From sequence record NZ_CP025194.1: a stretch of DNA of 50,633 nt; one strand, 5' to 3'. Every line of letters starts with the position of its first letter. The stretch's first letter is position 1. Origin of the DNA: a plasmid. The position numbers and the translations under genes are program-made. The notes below the pieces were generated by a model that made no database searches, was not told the origin of the DNA, and worked only from the letters and a program-made list of their open reading frames with translations. Positions 1 through 9,368 of the stretch are shown here, piece by piece.

Positions 1-21
1 AAGCTTGAGTAACCCATCAGG

Positions 22-279
22 ATGGGTTATGCCGTACTCATGGTGACTGTGCTACGTATCCACGGCCTGCGCGTGGTCATCTATGCCAACGATCACGATC
101 CTGCTCATGTCCATGTCTTCAGGGACGGTGAGGCCAAGATCAACCTGATCGGCAGGGGTGGTCTTCCGGAGCTGGTCTGGGCTGAGGGCATGAGCCGCGG
201 CGAAGTTCGCCGCACCATGCAGGCCATTACCGGGCAACAGGCCGTCCTGCTGGCGCGCTGGAGGGAAATCCATGGCTGA
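22..279 (+). CDS. DUF4160-family small protein (copy 1)
   Basis: 85-aa ORF overlapping the downstream DUF2442-like ORF by 8 bp. The pair architecture is typical of DUF4160/DUF2442 gene pairs. Confidence 0.5.
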   Translation: MGYAVLMVTVLRIHGLRVVIYANDHDPAHVHVFRDGEAKINLIGRGGLPELVWAEGMSRGEVRRTMQAITGQQAVLLARWREIHG

Positions 280-673
280 GCTGACCGATACGCAGATCGA
301 CGAGGCGCTGGCCCGGGGTGCGGCCGCGCGCCGGACGGAGCCCAGGGCCACTGCGGCACGCTATGACCGCCGGGCCGGGCGCGTGATCGTGGAACTGAGC
401 AACGGCTGCACCTTTGCCTTCCCGGCACGCCTGGCGCAGGGGCTGGAGAGGGCAACCGACGAGCAGCTGGCCGAGGTCGAGGTGCTGGGAACCGGCACGG
501 GCCTGCACTGGGAGGCGCTCGATGCCGACCTCTCGGTCCCCGGTCTCCTGGCGGGACTGTTCGGCACCAGGGCCTTCATGGCCCGTCAGGCCGGGCGGGC
601 TACGTCGCCCGCGAAAGCAGCGGCGGCACGAGCCAACGGCGCCAGGGGAGGGCGGCCACGGAAGTCCGCATGA
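272..673 (+). CDS. DUF2442-family protein (copy 1)
   Basis: 133-aa ORF translationally coupled to the upstream 85-aa ORF. Ala/Arg-rich C-terminal tail. Confidence 0.45.
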   Translation: MAELTDTQIDEALARGAAARRTEPRATAARYDRRAGRVIVELSNGCTFAFPARLAQGLERATDEQLAEVEVLGTGTGLHWEALDADLSVPGLLAGLFGTRAFMARQAGRATSPAKAAAARANGARGGRPRKSA

Positions 674-707
674 GGCTCTTCAGACGAGGACCATCGGCTT
701 GATAGCG

Positions 708-727
708 TCAGAAGGCCAAACGGTCGT
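708..727. promoter_or_regulatory. Inverted repeat ggccaaacg-gt-cgtttggcc immediately upstream of the resolvase remnant. Possible res subsite or hairpin.
   Basis: 9-bp arms with a 2-nt spacer, read directly. No T-tract follows. Confidence 0.3.
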
Positions 728-772
728 TTGGCCTCTTGCTACAAAGCTCCGAATGCCCACAAATGAACGGGT

Positions 773-1120
773 ATGCAGCCCGTCGTCGCCTACTATCGCG
801 TGTCCACCGAACGCCAGGGTCGATCCGGGCTAGGACTGAATGCCCAGCGAGAGCGGTGCACAACTTTCGCCGTCCAGAACGGCCTTGAGATCGTCGAGGC
901 GTTCACCGAGGTGGAAACGGGAAAGGGGAGCGACGCGCTTGATCGCCGGCCACAGCTCGTTCTGGCGCTGGCAGCCGCAAAGCGGCAACGCAGCGTTATG
1001 CTGGCTGCCAAGCTCGATCGGCTGTCACGCGACGTTCATTTTATTGCAGGGCTGATGGTGCAGCGGGTACCGTTCCTCGTCGCCGAACTCGGCGCTGACG
1101 TGGACCCATTCATGCTGCAC
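773..1120 (+). pseudogene. Serine recombinase (resolvase) N-terminal catalytic domain, truncated by an IS6-family insertion
   Basis: Has the YYRVSTERQ catalytic serine motif. The ORF runs into the IS6-A terminal repeat at ~1121 and lacks a C-terminal HTH. Confidence 0.7.
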
Positions 1121-1965
1121 GGTATCGTCAAGTTGGCCGGCTGCAAGCTTGCCCGAGCTGCCTACCACCGGTAGTGGGGTAGGATGACCGCCTCCGCCGC
1201 CTGCCCCAGCTTCGTCGGGTATCGCTTTCCGGGCGAGATCATCAGCCAGGCGGTGTGGCTTTACTTCCGCTTCCCACTCAGCTTGCGGATGGTGGAAGAG
1301 ATGCTGGCCTTCCGCGGCATCGTGGTTAGCCACGAAACACTGCGGCAATGGGGCCGCAAGTTCGGTCAGGCTTTCGCCAATCAGATCCGCTGCCGGCTGC
1401 CCCGCACCGGTGACAAGTGGCACCTGGATGAGGTCGTCCTCAAGATCAACGGTGTGACGCACTGGCTCTGGCGCGCCGTCGATCAGGCCGGGATGGTACT
1501 CGACGTGCTGGTGCAGAGCCGACGAGATAAGCAAGCTGCCAAGCGGCTACTCAGGAAGCTGCTGAAGCGGCAGATGCGGCCACCACGGGTCATGATCACC
1601 GACAAGCTGGCAAGCTACGGCGCCGCGAAGAAGGAGGTGATGCCTTCCGTCGAGCACCGCCAGCACAAGGGGCTGAACAACCGTGCTGAGAACTCGCATC
1701 AGCCGACACGACGACGAGAACGAGGGATGAAGCGGTTCAAGTCTGCTGGCCAAGCGCAGCGCTTCCTTTCCGCCCACGACGGGATCAACAACCTCTTTCA
1801 TCTTCGCCGGGACCACGTCACCGCCTGCGACTATCGTGCCGCAAGGGCGCGCGCGTTCGAGGTGTGGTCCGAGGTCAGCGGGGTCGCCGCACGGGCTTGA
1901 TCGCCCTGGAGTCCGTTGTCGATCAATCAGCCTCGTCGCCTCGAGGCCGGCAAGTTGACGGTGCC
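1121..1965 (+). mobile_element. IS6-family insertion sequence, type A (copy 1, ~845 bp)
   Basis: Imperfect terminal inverted repeats GGTATCGTCAAGTTGGCCGGC (1121..) and GGCACCGTCAACTTGCCGGCC (reverse complement, ending 1965) bracket a single transposase gene. Confidence 0.65.
1184..1900 (+). CDS. tnp: IS6-family (IS26-like) DDE transposase
   Basis: 238 aa with the IS6 hallmark motifs YRFP..EII..AVWLY.RF.LS.R.VEE, GDKWHLDEV, WRAVDQ, NNRAENSH, FKS..QAQRFL. Confidence 0.9.
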   Translation: MTASAACPSFVGYRFPGEIISQAVWLYFRFPLSLRMVEEMLAFRGIVVSHETLRQWGRKFGQAFANQIRCRLPRTGDKWHLDEVVLKINGVTHWLWRAVDQAGMVLDVLVQSRRDKQAAKRLLRKLLKRQMRPPRVMITDKLASYGAAKKEVMPSVEHRQHKGLNNRAENSHQPTRRRERGMKRFKSAGQAQRFLSAHDGINNLFHLRRDHVTACDYRAARARAFEVWSEVSGVAARA

Positions 1966-2116
1966 CGCCGGTGCGCTCGTGCCGCCCGGCACCGATCTGG
2001 CCTTCCACGTCGGCCTCCATCAGCATCTGCAGCACCGCCTCCGCGACACTGCGCAGGAAGTTACCATCTCCTGCTTTCGCCAGCAGGTCCGCCAGTGGCA
2101 ATCTCTCCTCGGTCAT
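1966..2116 (-). pseudogene. IS256-family transposase N-terminal 50-aa fragment, cut by IS6-A
   Basis: MTEERLPLADLLAKAGDGNFLRSVAEAVLQMLMEADVEGQIGAGRHERT matches the conserved IS256/mutator N-terminus. Homology stops exactly at the IS6-A end. Confidence 0.6.
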
Positions 2117-2372
2117 CGGGTCCTCGGCCGGTCAGGGGTGGGAGCGTCGCAACTCCACGCTAGCCGCCAGGTCCGATGGCCACCCAAGCCCTACATCCCG
2201 GCCAACGCCGGATTTTCTACCACCTCCGCGGCGTTACCGACGGCAGAGATCACACCATCTCGCGCTACCAAGACCTGCCGCGGCCCGAAAGATGGCAGAA
2301 CTGAGCTCTCCGAGCCCTTCCGCGCACACGTCTCGTAAGCAACAGGATGCGCCCTTGCGGATCAACTTGTAT

Positions 2373-2392
2373 GCACTACAATTATGTAGTGC
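2373..2392. promoter_or_regulatory. Operator-like palindrome gcactaca-atta-tgtagtgc overlapping a putative -10 (tacaat) upstream of the RHH antitoxin
   Basis: 8-bp perfect arms with a 4-bp spacer, 24 bp upstream of the antitoxin start. Candidate -35 ttgcgg at 2355..2360. Confidence 0.4.
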
Positions 2393-2415
2393 GTGAAGAG
2401 CTACGGAGGTTCATC

Positions 2416-2658
2416 ATGGGTGTACCGATCTCCATCCGCCTGGATGACGAGGTGCGGGCCGAGCTGGAGGCCCAGGCCCAATCGCGGGGCATCGGCTTGG
2501 CTACCCTGCTGCGCGATCTCGCGACCGAGGCGGCCCGCGCGACGCGGCGTGCCCGCATCCGGCAGGCCAGCGCGGTGGTCGGCACCCGCGTCGCCGCGTC
2601 CGACGAGGCGCGGGCCTTCTACGAGGACTGGGGCACGCCGCGCGCCGATGCCGGCTGA
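2416..2658 (+). CDS. Ribbon-helix-helix (CopG/PemI-like) antitoxin
   Basis: MGVPISIRLDDEVRAELEAQAQSRGIGLATLLRDLA is RHH-like. RBS ggagg at 2406..2410. Overlaps the downstream toxin start by 11 bp. Confidence 0.6.
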   Translation: MGVPISIRLDDEVRAELEAQAQSRGIGLATLLRDLATEAARATRRARIRQASAVVGTRVAASDEARAFYEDWGTPRADAG

Positions 2659-3022
2659 CCCGCCCCTCGCCCTCAGGGCGGGACAGATCGTGCTGGCTGA
2701 CTGGCGCGGCGACGCCCTGCCCAAGGAGCCGAACAAGCGGCGCCCGGCCGTGGTGGTGGAGGATGACGGCCTGTTCGCACCGTCCTACCCGAACGCCATC
2801 CTGGTGCCGCTGACCGAGGACGACGGGTTGGTCATTCCCGACTTGGCGGTAGCCATCGCGCCGACAGCGGAGAACGGCTGCAGCAAGCCATGCTGGGCGG
2901 TATCGCACCTGGTCGCCACCACCTCCAAGCTGCGACTGAGGGCGACCGCGTCGCACATCACGCCCGAGCAGCTGGCCGCCATCCGCCGGCAGGTCGCGCT
3001 CGCGGTCGGCGTGGAAGGATAG
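2648..3022 (+). CDS. PemK/MazF-family toxin (type II toxin-antitoxin endoribonuclease)
   Basis: GQIVLADW..KRRPAVVV..ILVPLTEDDG..AIAP is the PemK/Kid fold signature. Coupled to the upstream RHH gene. Confidence 0.7.
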   Translation: MPADPPLALRAGQIVLADWRGDALPKEPNKRRPAVVVEDDGLFAPSYPNAILVPLTEDDGLVIPDLAVAIAPTAENGCSKPCWAVSHLVATTSKLRLRATASHITPEQLAAIRRQVALAVGVEG

Positions 3023-3041
3023 CCCGTTCATCCCCTCAGGC

Positions 3042-3871
3042 GGCATTGTCACGTTGGCCAGCTCTGGCTGGAACGAACTCGTCAGGCGAAGCTGGCGGCA
3101 TGCCGTCCGAGCCCACCACCTACCCCGGCTACCGTTTCCCGGCCGAGGTCATCCAGCATGCTGTCTGGCTCTACCACCTGTTCAGCCTGAGCCTACGCGA
3201 CATCGAGCTGATCCTGGCCGAGCGGGGCGTAGTGGTCAGCTACGAGAGTATCCGTCGCTGGTGCCTCCGCTTCGGCACGGAGTTCGCGGCCAAGCTGCGC
3301 AAGCGGCGGCCAAGACCGGGCGACACCTGGCACATGGATGAAGTTTACCTGAAGATCAACGGCGAGCTCTTTTATCTCTGGCGCGCGGTGGATCAGCACG
3401 GAGTCGTGCTCGACATCCTGGTGCAGGAGCGCCGCAATGCCACGGCCGCCAAACGCTTCTTCAAGCGCCTGCTGGTGGGCCTCCAGTATAGACCCCGCAA
3501 GATCGTCACCGATGGGCTCCGCAGCTATGGCGTTGCACAGCGAGAGGTCCTACCCGGTGTGCAGCATCGGACCAGCCGCTACCTGAACAATCGTGCCGAG
3601 AATTCCCATAGGCCGACCCGACGTCGAGAACGCGCGATGCAGCGCTTCAAGTCAGCCGGGCAAGCCCAGCGGTTTTTGTCGGCGCACGCGATGATCTATG
3701 GCCACTTCCGTCCGCGGCGGCACCTGATGGCCGCCGATCAATACCGGCGCGAGCGCTCCAAGGCCTTTCGGATCTGGCGGCAGGAGACGTGTGCCCATAT
3801 GGCGGCGTAAGGTCACGCAAACTCCGCCTCGCGGTCAAACTTGCTCGGTCCCCAAACAACGTGACAATGCC
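3042..3871 (+). mobile_element. IS6-family insertion sequence, type B (copy 1, 830 bp)
   Basis: 14-bp terminal inverted repeats GGCATTGTCACGTT at 3042.. and the reverse complement ending 3871. Same 830-bp element at 10445..11274, 31756..32585 (inverted) and partial at 12726..13238 (inverted). Confidence 0.85.
3100..3810 (+). CDS. tnp: IS6-family transposase (type B)
   Basis: MPSEPTTYPGYRFPAEVIQHAVWLY..GDTWHMDEV..WRAVDQ..NNRAENSH..FKSAGQAQRFL. 236 aa, starting at the ATG at 3100. Confidence 0.9.
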   Translation: MPSEPTTYPGYRFPAEVIQHAVWLYHLFSLSLRDIELILAERGVVVSYESIRRWCLRFGTEFAAKLRKRRPRPGDTWHMDEVYLKINGELFYLWRAVDQHGVVLDILVQERRNATAAKRFFKRLLVGLQYRPRKIVTDGLRSYGVAQREVLPGVQHRTSRYLNNRAENSHRPTRRRERAMQRFKSAGQAQRFLSAHAMIYGHFRPRRHLMAADQYRRERSKAFRIWRQETCAHMAA

Positions 3872-4224
3872 CTCTGACGCAACCGTACAGTCAGAGCGGT
3901 CAGAACATCTGATCGTTCAGACGTATTGCCGTCAGGACGTCTTTTCGTATTGTCGACATGCTGATTTACTGATGGAGCGTCTCGCTTTGGTGCAAGAGTG
4001 CCCGAGATTGACGTGGATGGCTGGACGTCTGATTGACCTATTGTCTGCCCGCCATGTCGATCATACGTATGGCTGAAATGACGTATTGCCGTCTGAGTGT
4101 CGTGCTCTACTTCTACACGCGCTGGAGGAACGCTCGGGTCTTCTGCTCGTACTGCAGCCACTAACTCTGTCGGAGGCATCCTTTGCTCTGCCTCGGGCAG
4201 CTTCTTAAATGTGGGCTTGGCCAT
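3872..4224 (-). pseudogene. ParG-like partition protein, C-terminus removed by IS6-B insertion (intact homolog at 46955..47455)
   Basis: Identical to the N-terminal 117 aa of the 166-aa protein at 46955..47455. The reading frame continues into IS sequence after 3872. Confidence 0.55.
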
Positions 4225-4943
4225 CAGGCGGTCACCCGGACAGCGGGCATGGCATCTTTGGCTCGAAGTTCTGCGATGAGATCCGTGACCTCACGGAAGG
4301 CGGCACCGCTAGTCGGCATTTTCCCCGTGTGGCTTACCGCCTCATAATCTGCTCGGTGGCCAAGGGAAGCACTGAGCCGTTCTAGCCCTGCCTCCTTAAT
4401 CTGTTCAGCGGCATGAGCAGCTACAGCCGTAGTTCGGACGGAATTGAGAATTACCCAAGCCGGGATTGTCCGCCGAGTAGTAACAGAAAGTGACTTGACC
4501 TTTGTGGCAGTGGTCCTGGCTTCGTAGAGGTCTGCTTCCGAAGCCTTGCAGGGGATGAGCACCGCATCAGCCGAGGCAATTGCTACCGACGATCCAAGGT
4601 TCTCAAACCCGGCGGTGTCCACGAGCACTAAATCGTGCTGGTCGCGCAACTCAGCAATTAAGTGTGCCAATCGGTCCTCGTTTGCCTCGGCGCAGTGAGT
4701 AATCTCCGGTCCCTCGTAAATGGCAGTCAGCCATCGAGAAAGCGCCTTGTTGGGGTCCGCATCCACCACCGCGAAAGATGCTCCTTCACGCGCTAGGAGA
4801 GCAGACATAGCCCGACCCAATGTGCTCTTGCCGCAGCCTCCTTTTGACCCAGCCAATGTTAAGACCGTCATTCGCATACGTCTCCGTGTCCGAGCGATCA
4901 TACGTTCGTACATCATGTCTACCATACGCAATGTCGCTCGCAC
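4224..4943 (-). CDS. parA: ParA-family partition ATPase (intact copy)
   Basis: Deviant Walker A GSKGGCGKST. 239 aa. The true start may be an internal Met (MRMTVLTLAGSKGG). Confidence 0.8.
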   Translation of the reverse strand: MRATLRMVDMMYERMIARTRRRMRMTVLTLAGSKGGCGKSTLGRAMSALLAREGASFAVVDADPNKALSRWLTAIYEGPEITHCAEANEDRLAHLIAELRDQHDLVLVDTAGFENLGSSVAIASADAVLIPCKASEADLYEARTTATKVKSLSVTTRRTIPAWVILNSVRTTAVAAHAAEQIKEAGLERLSASLGHRADYEAVSHTGKMPTSGAAFREVTDLIAELRAKDAMPAVRVTA

Positions 4944-5030
4944 AAACGTACTATCCTACAAACGTACGTATTGCCGATCATACGTACGTTTATGCGGTGG
5001 ATGTCTGAATAGGTTCGGCTATCTATGAAG
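4944..5030. promoter_or_regulatory. parA upstream region with ACGTA/CATACG repeats. Candidate promoter or centromere-like site.
   Basis: gatcatacgt occurs twice (4888, 4975), plus aacgtac repeats and acgtattgccg (4966..4976), related to the GACGTATTGCCGTC copies at 3920..3933 and 4081..4094. Confidence 0.3.
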
Positions 5031-5078
5031 CAGCCTCAGAAATTGTGCTGGAGACGCAGAGGCGCTGGCGGATGCCAG

Positions 5079-7346
5079 CTACAGAGCCAGCCACTCCCGA
5101 AGCTTCGACCAGCGCCGACGTGCGCCCTGGTTGCGCACGGCGATCGCCAGGGCCCGGCGCTGCCCGAGCAGCACCACCAGCTTCCGGCCCCGCGTCACGC
5201 CGGTGTAGAGCAGGTTGCGCGCCAGCATGGCGTAGTGCTGCGTGCTGAGCGGGATCACCACCGCCGGGTACTCCGAGCCCTGCGCCTTGTGGATGGTGGT
5301 GGCGTAGGCCAGCACCAGCTCGTCCAGCTCCCCGAAGCCGTAGGCGACCTCCCGCCCGTCGAAGACCACCGTGAGTTCGCCCTCCTCCAGGTCCACCCCC
5401 GTGATCACCCCGAGGTCGCCGTTGAACACCTCCCGGTCGTAGCTGTTGGCCACCTGCATGACCTTGTCGCCGGGTCCGAAGGTCCAGCCGAAGCGCTCGA
5501 CCCGCAACTCGCCCGGTGGGTTCAGCGCCGCCTGCAGCGCGGCGTTCAGCGCCCGGGCCCCCAGCCCGCCCCGGTTCATCGGGCAGAGCACCTGCACGTC
5601 GCGGATCGGATCCAGCCCGAAGCGCGCCGGGATGCGCTCGCCCACCAGGGTGAGCAGCTTGCGCACACCCTCCTCCGGCTCCTCCGCCCCGACGAAGAAG
5701 AAATCGCTGCCCGCCGTCGCCTCGAGCTCCGGCAGCCGACCGCGGTTGATGCGGTGGGCACTGGTCACGATCCGGCTCTCGGCCGCCTGCCGGAACACCT
5801 CGCTCAGCCGCACCACCGGCAGGGCGCCCGAGCCGATGACGTCGGCCAGCACCTGCCCGGGGCCCACCGAGGGGAGCTGGTCCACGTCGCCCACCAGCAG
5901 CAGCGCCGCCTCGTCGGGCAGCGCCCGCAGCAGGGCGCGCATCAGCGGCACGTCCACCATCGAGGTCTCGTCGGCCACCAGCAGCTGGCAGGCCAGCGGG
6001 TTCGTCTCGTCGCGCTTGAACCCACCGGTCTTCGGGTCGCTCTCCAGCAGCCGGTGGATGGTCCGCGCCTCCAGCCCCGTGCTCTCGCTCAGGCGCCTGG
6101 CCGCGCGTCCCGTCGGGGCGCAGAGCGCCACCTCCACCCCCCTGGCCCGGATCACCCGCAGGATGGCGTTCACCAGCGTGGTCTTGCCCACACCCGGGCC
6201 GCCGGTGATCACCAGCACCTTCGACGAGAGCGCCAGCCGCAGCGCCTCGCGCTGGCTCGCCGCAAGCGCCAGGCCGGTGCGCTCCTCCACCCAGGGGATC
6301 GCCCGGTCGGCATCGATGGCGGGCCAGGGCTGCCGCCCCGTGGCCAGCCGCCGCAGCCGCCCGGCGATCGCCTGCTCGGCGCGGTACAGCCCGGCCAGGA
6401 ACACGCAAGGCTCGCCCTCCAGCGTGTCGGCCACCACCTCGCCGGCCTCGAGTTCGAGAGCCAGGGCCGCCTCGATCAGTTCGGCCGGCACTTCCAGCAG
6501 CTTGCCCGCGAGCGCGGTCAGCTCGCCCACCGGCAGGCCGCAGTGCCCCTCACCGGTGGCCTCGGCCAGGGCGAAGGAGATCCCGGCGCGGACCCGGATC
6601 ATCGCCGTGGGCTCGATGCCGAGCCTGCCCGCCACGGTATCGGCGGTGCGGAAGCCGATGCCGCGGATGTCGCGCGCCAGGCGGTAGGGGTTCTCCGTGA
6701 TCACCTCCACGGCCCGCGCCCCGTAGGTCTTGTAGATCCGCACCGCCCGCGAGGTGCCCACCCCGTTGGCATGGAGGAACAGCATGATCTCGCGGATCAC
6801 CTTCTGCCCGGCCCAGCCGGCGACGATGCGCGCCGCCCGCCTGGGGCCGATGCCGGTGACCTCGCGCAGCCGGGCGGGCTCGGCCTCGATCAGCTCGAAC
6901 ACCGCCTCGCCGAAGGCCGCCACCAGCCTGGCCGCGTAGACCGGACCGATGCCGCGGATCATGCCCGAGCCCAGGTACTTCTCGATGCCCTCGCGCGTCG
7001 TGGGCTGGGTGGCCTTGAGGAAGCCCGCCTTGAACTGCAGGCCGTGGGCGCGGTCGTTGACCCAGGCGCCCGACATCTGCACCCACTCGCCGGCCGAGAT
7101 CGAGGCGGCGTGGCCCACCACGGTGACCAGGTCGCGGTGGCCGCGCGCCTTGACCCGCAGCACGCAGAAGCCGTTCTCGGCGCTGTGGTAGGTGACGCGT
7201 TCCACCAGCCCGGCCAGCGCCTCGGTGGGCAGGCCGCGATCCGCCGGGGCAGGGGAGGGGGCCGGGATGCCGGGCATGGCCCTCAGATAGGCGAACGGCA
7301 GCGCGGGCGCATCGGGCTCATGTCTCCACCAGGATTGTCTGATCAC
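5079..7346 (-). CDS. RecD2-like SF1B DNA helicase (N-terminal HhH region plus AAA/UvrD-like core), copy 1
   Basis: Walker A GGPGVGKTT, DEAD-like LLVADETSMVD, and a C-terminal YATTIHKAQGSEYP..LLYTGVTRGRKLVVLLG motif typical of RecD/TraA-like helicases. Confidence 0.85.
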   Translation of the reverse strand: MIRQSWWRHEPDAPALPFAYLRAMPGIPAPSPAPADRGLPTEALAGLVERVTYHSAENGFCVLRVKARGHRDLVTVVGHAASISAGEWVQMSGAWVNDRAHGLQFKAGFLKATQPTTREGIEKYLGSGMIRGIGPVYAARLVAAFGEAVFELIEAEPARLREVTGIGPRRAARIVAGWAGQKVIREIMLFLHANGVGTSRAVRIYKTYGARAVEVITENPYRLARDIRGIGFRTADTVAGRLGIEPTAMIRVRAGISFALAEATGEGHCGLPVGELTALAGKLLEVPAELIEAALALELEAGEVVADTLEGEPCVFLAGLYRAEQAIAGRLRRLATGRQPWPAIDADRAIPWVEERTGLALAASQREALRLALSSKVLVITGGPGVGKTTLVNAILRVIRARGVEVALCAPTGRAARRLSESTGLEARTIHRLLESDPKTGGFKRDETNPLACQLLVADETSMVDVPLMRALLRALPDEAALLLVGDVDQLPSVGPGQVLADVIGSGALPVVRLSEVFRQAAESRIVTSAHRINRGRLPELEATAGSDFFFVGAEEPEEGVRKLLTLVGERIPARFGLDPIRDVQVLCPMNRGGLGARALNAALQAALNPPGELRVERFGWTFGPGDKVMQVANSYDREVFNGDLGVITGVDLEEGELTVVFDGREVAYGFGELDELVLAYATTIHKAQGSEYPAVVIPLSTQHYAMLARNLLYTGVTRGRKLVVLLGQRRALAIAVRNQGARRRWSKLREWLAL

Positions 7347-7424
7347 CGAGGGCGTAAAGGCAGAGGTGCGCCAGACGATCCACGGGCGGTGGACTGGCTC
7401 AACAAGCTTGAGTAACCCATCAGG

Positions 7425-7682
7425 ATGGGTTATGCCGTACTCATGGTGACTGTGCTACGTATCCACGGCCTGCGCGTGGTCATCTATGCCAACGATCACG
7501 ATCCTGCTCATGTCCATGTCTTCAGGGACGGTGAGGCCAAGATCAACCTGATCGGCAGGGGTGGTCTTCCGGAGCTGGTCTGGGCTGAGGGCATGAGCCG
7601 CGGCGAAGTTCGCCGCACCATGCAGGCCATTACCGGGCAACAGGCCGTCCTGCTGGCGCGCTGGAGGGAAATCCATGGCTGA
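7425..7682 (+). CDS. DUF4160-family small protein (copy 2)
   Basis: Identical to 22..279. Confidence 0.5.
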   Translation: MGYAVLMVTVLRIHGLRVVIYANDHDPAHVHVFRDGEAKINLIGRGGLPELVWAEGMSRGEVRRTMQAITGQQAVLLARWREIHG

Positions 7683-8076
7683 GCTGACCGATACGCAGAT
7701 CGACGAGGCGCTGGCCCGGGGTGCGGCCGCGCGCCGGACGGAGCCCAGGGCCACTGCGGCACGCTATGACCGCCGGGCCGGGCGCGTGATCGTGGAACTG
7801 AGCAACGGCTGCACCTTTGCCTTCCCGGCACGCCTGGCGCAGGGGCTGGAGAGGGCAACCGACGAGCAGCTGGCCGAGGTCGAGGTGCTGGGAACCGGCA
7901 CGGGCCTGCACTGGGAGGCGCTCGATGCCGACCTCTCGGTCCCCGGTCTCCTGGCGGGACTGTTCGGCACCAGGGCCTTCATGGCCCGTCAGGCCGGGCG
8001 GGCTACGTCGCCCGCGAAAGCAGCGGCGGCACGAGCCAACGGCGCCAGGGGAGGGCGGCCACGGAAGTCCGCATGA
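7675..8076 (+). CDS. DUF2442-family protein (copy 2)
   Basis: Identical to 272..673. Confidence 0.45.
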   Translation: MAELTDTQIDEALARGAAARRTEPRATAARYDRRAGRVIVELSNGCTFAFPARLAQGLERATDEQLAEVEVLGTGTGLHWEALDADLSVPGLLAGLFGTRAFMARQAGRATSPAKAAAARANGARGGRPRKSA

Positions 8077-8175
8077 GGCTCTTCAGACGAGGACCATCGG
8101 CTTGATAGCGTCAGAAGGCCAAACGGTCGTTTGGCCTCTTGCTACAAAGCTCCGAATGCCCACAAATGAACGGGT

Positions 8176-8523
8176 ATGCAGCCCGTCGTCGCCTACTATC
8201 GCGTGTCCACCGAACGCCAGGGTCGATCCGGGCTAGGACTGAATGCCCAGCGAGAGCGGTGCACAACTTTCGCCGTCCAGAACGGCCTTGAGATCGTCGA
8301 GGCGTTCACCGAGGTGGAAACGGGAAAGGGGAGCGACGCGCTTGATCGCCGGCCACAGCTCGTTCTGGCGCTGGCAGCCGCAAAGCGGCAACGCAGCGTT
8401 ATGCTGGCTGCCAAGCTCGATCGGCTGTCACGCGACGTTCATTTTATTGCAGGGCTGATGGTGCAGCGGGTACCGTTCCTCGTCGCCGAACTCGGCGCTG
8501 ACGTGGACCCATTCATGCTGCAC
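8176..8523 (+). pseudogene. Resolvase N-terminal fragment (copy 2)
   Basis: Identical to 773..1120. Confidence 0.7.
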
Positions 8524-9368
8524 GGTATCGTCAAGTTGGCCGGCTGCAAGCTTGCCCGAGCTGCCTACCACCGGTAGTGGGGTAGGATGACCGCCTCCGC
8601 CGCCTGCCCCAGCTTCGTCGGGTATCGCTTTCCGGGCGAGATCATCAGCCAGGCGGTGTGGCTTTACTTCCGCTTCCCACTCAGCTTGCGGATGGTGGAA
8701 GAGATGCTGGCCTTCCGCGGCATCGTGGTTAGCCACGAAACACTGCGGCAATGGGGCCGCAAGTTCGGTCAGGCTTTCGCCAATCAGATCCGCTGCCGGC
8801 TGCCCCGCACCGGTGACAAGTGGCACCTGGATGAGGTCGTCCTCAAGATCAACGGTGTGACGCACTGGCTCTGGCGCGCCGTCGATCAGGCCGGGATGGT
8901 ACTCGACGTGCTGGTGCAGAGCCGACGAGATAAGCAAGCTGCCAAGCGGCTACTCAGGAAGCTGCTGAAGCGGCAGATGCGGCCACCACGGGTCATGATC
9001 ACCGACAAGCTGGCAAGCTACGGCGCCGCGAAGAAGGAGGTGATGCCTTCCGTCGAGCACCGCCAGCACAAGGGGCTGAACAACCGTGCTGAGAACTCGC
9101 ATCAGCCGACACGACGACGAGAACGAGGGATGAAGCGGTTCAAGTCTGCTGGCCAAGCGCAGCGCTTCCTTTCCGCCCACGACGGGATCAACAACCTCTT
9201 TCATCTTCGCCGGGACCACGTCACCGCCTGCGACTATCGTGCCGCAAGGGCGCGCGCGTTCGAGGTGTGGTCCGAGGTCAGCGGGGTCGCCGCACGGGCT
9301 TGATCGCCCTGGAGTCCGTTGTCGATCAATCAGCCTCGTCGCCTCGAGGCCGGCAAGTTGACGGTGCC
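8524..9368 (+). mobile_element. IS6-family IS type A (copy 2)
   Basis: Identical to 1121..1965. Confidence 0.65.
8587..9303 (+). CDS. tnp: IS6-family transposase (type A, copy 2)
   Basis: Identical to 1184..1900. Confidence 0.9.
   Translation: MTASAACPSFVGYRFPGEIISQAVWLYFRFPLSLRMVEEMLAFRGIVVSHETLRQWGRKFGQAFANQIRCRLPRTGDKWHLDEVVLKINGVTHWLWRAVDQAGMVLDVLVQSRRDKQAAKRLLRKLLKRQMRPPRVMITDKLASYGAAKKEVMPSVEHRQHKGLNNRAENSHQPTRRRERGMKRFKSAGQAQRFLSAHDGINNLFHLRRDHVTACDYRAARARAFEVWSEVSGVAARA

Larger units (their letters stand above)
1..7403. repeat. 7,403-bp unit (A+B) whose parts recur at 7404..11274 (A') and 47103..50633 (B'). Tandem (B-A)(B-A) arrangement across the circular join.
   Basis: The ORF sets are identical at offset +7403 (22->7425, 1184->8587, 2890->10293) and at offset +43230/43231 (5079->48309, 4224->47455). 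The junction text ggactggctcaac|aagcttgag occurs at 7391..7410, and the same join would form between window end and window start. Confidence 0.9.

Noticed and set aside
1-21. HindIII site (aagctt) at the start of the window and at the duplicate junction
   Set aside because: Probably just the coordinate origin of a circular sequence, not a biological feature.
2890-3099. N-terminal 70-aa extension of the IS6-B transposase ORF (MLGGIAPGRHH...)
   Set aside because: It extends across the IS terminal repeat into flanking DNA. The conserved transposase starts at the Met at 3100.
5025-7415. 796-aa plus-strand ORF (and several other long ORFs: 5023..6408 minus, 5446..6687 plus) overlapping the helicase gene
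   Set aside because: Their sequences are low-complexity Arg/Gly/Ala/Pro-rich, typical of spurious frames in high-GC DNA. The minus-strand 755-aa helicase carries all conserved motifs.
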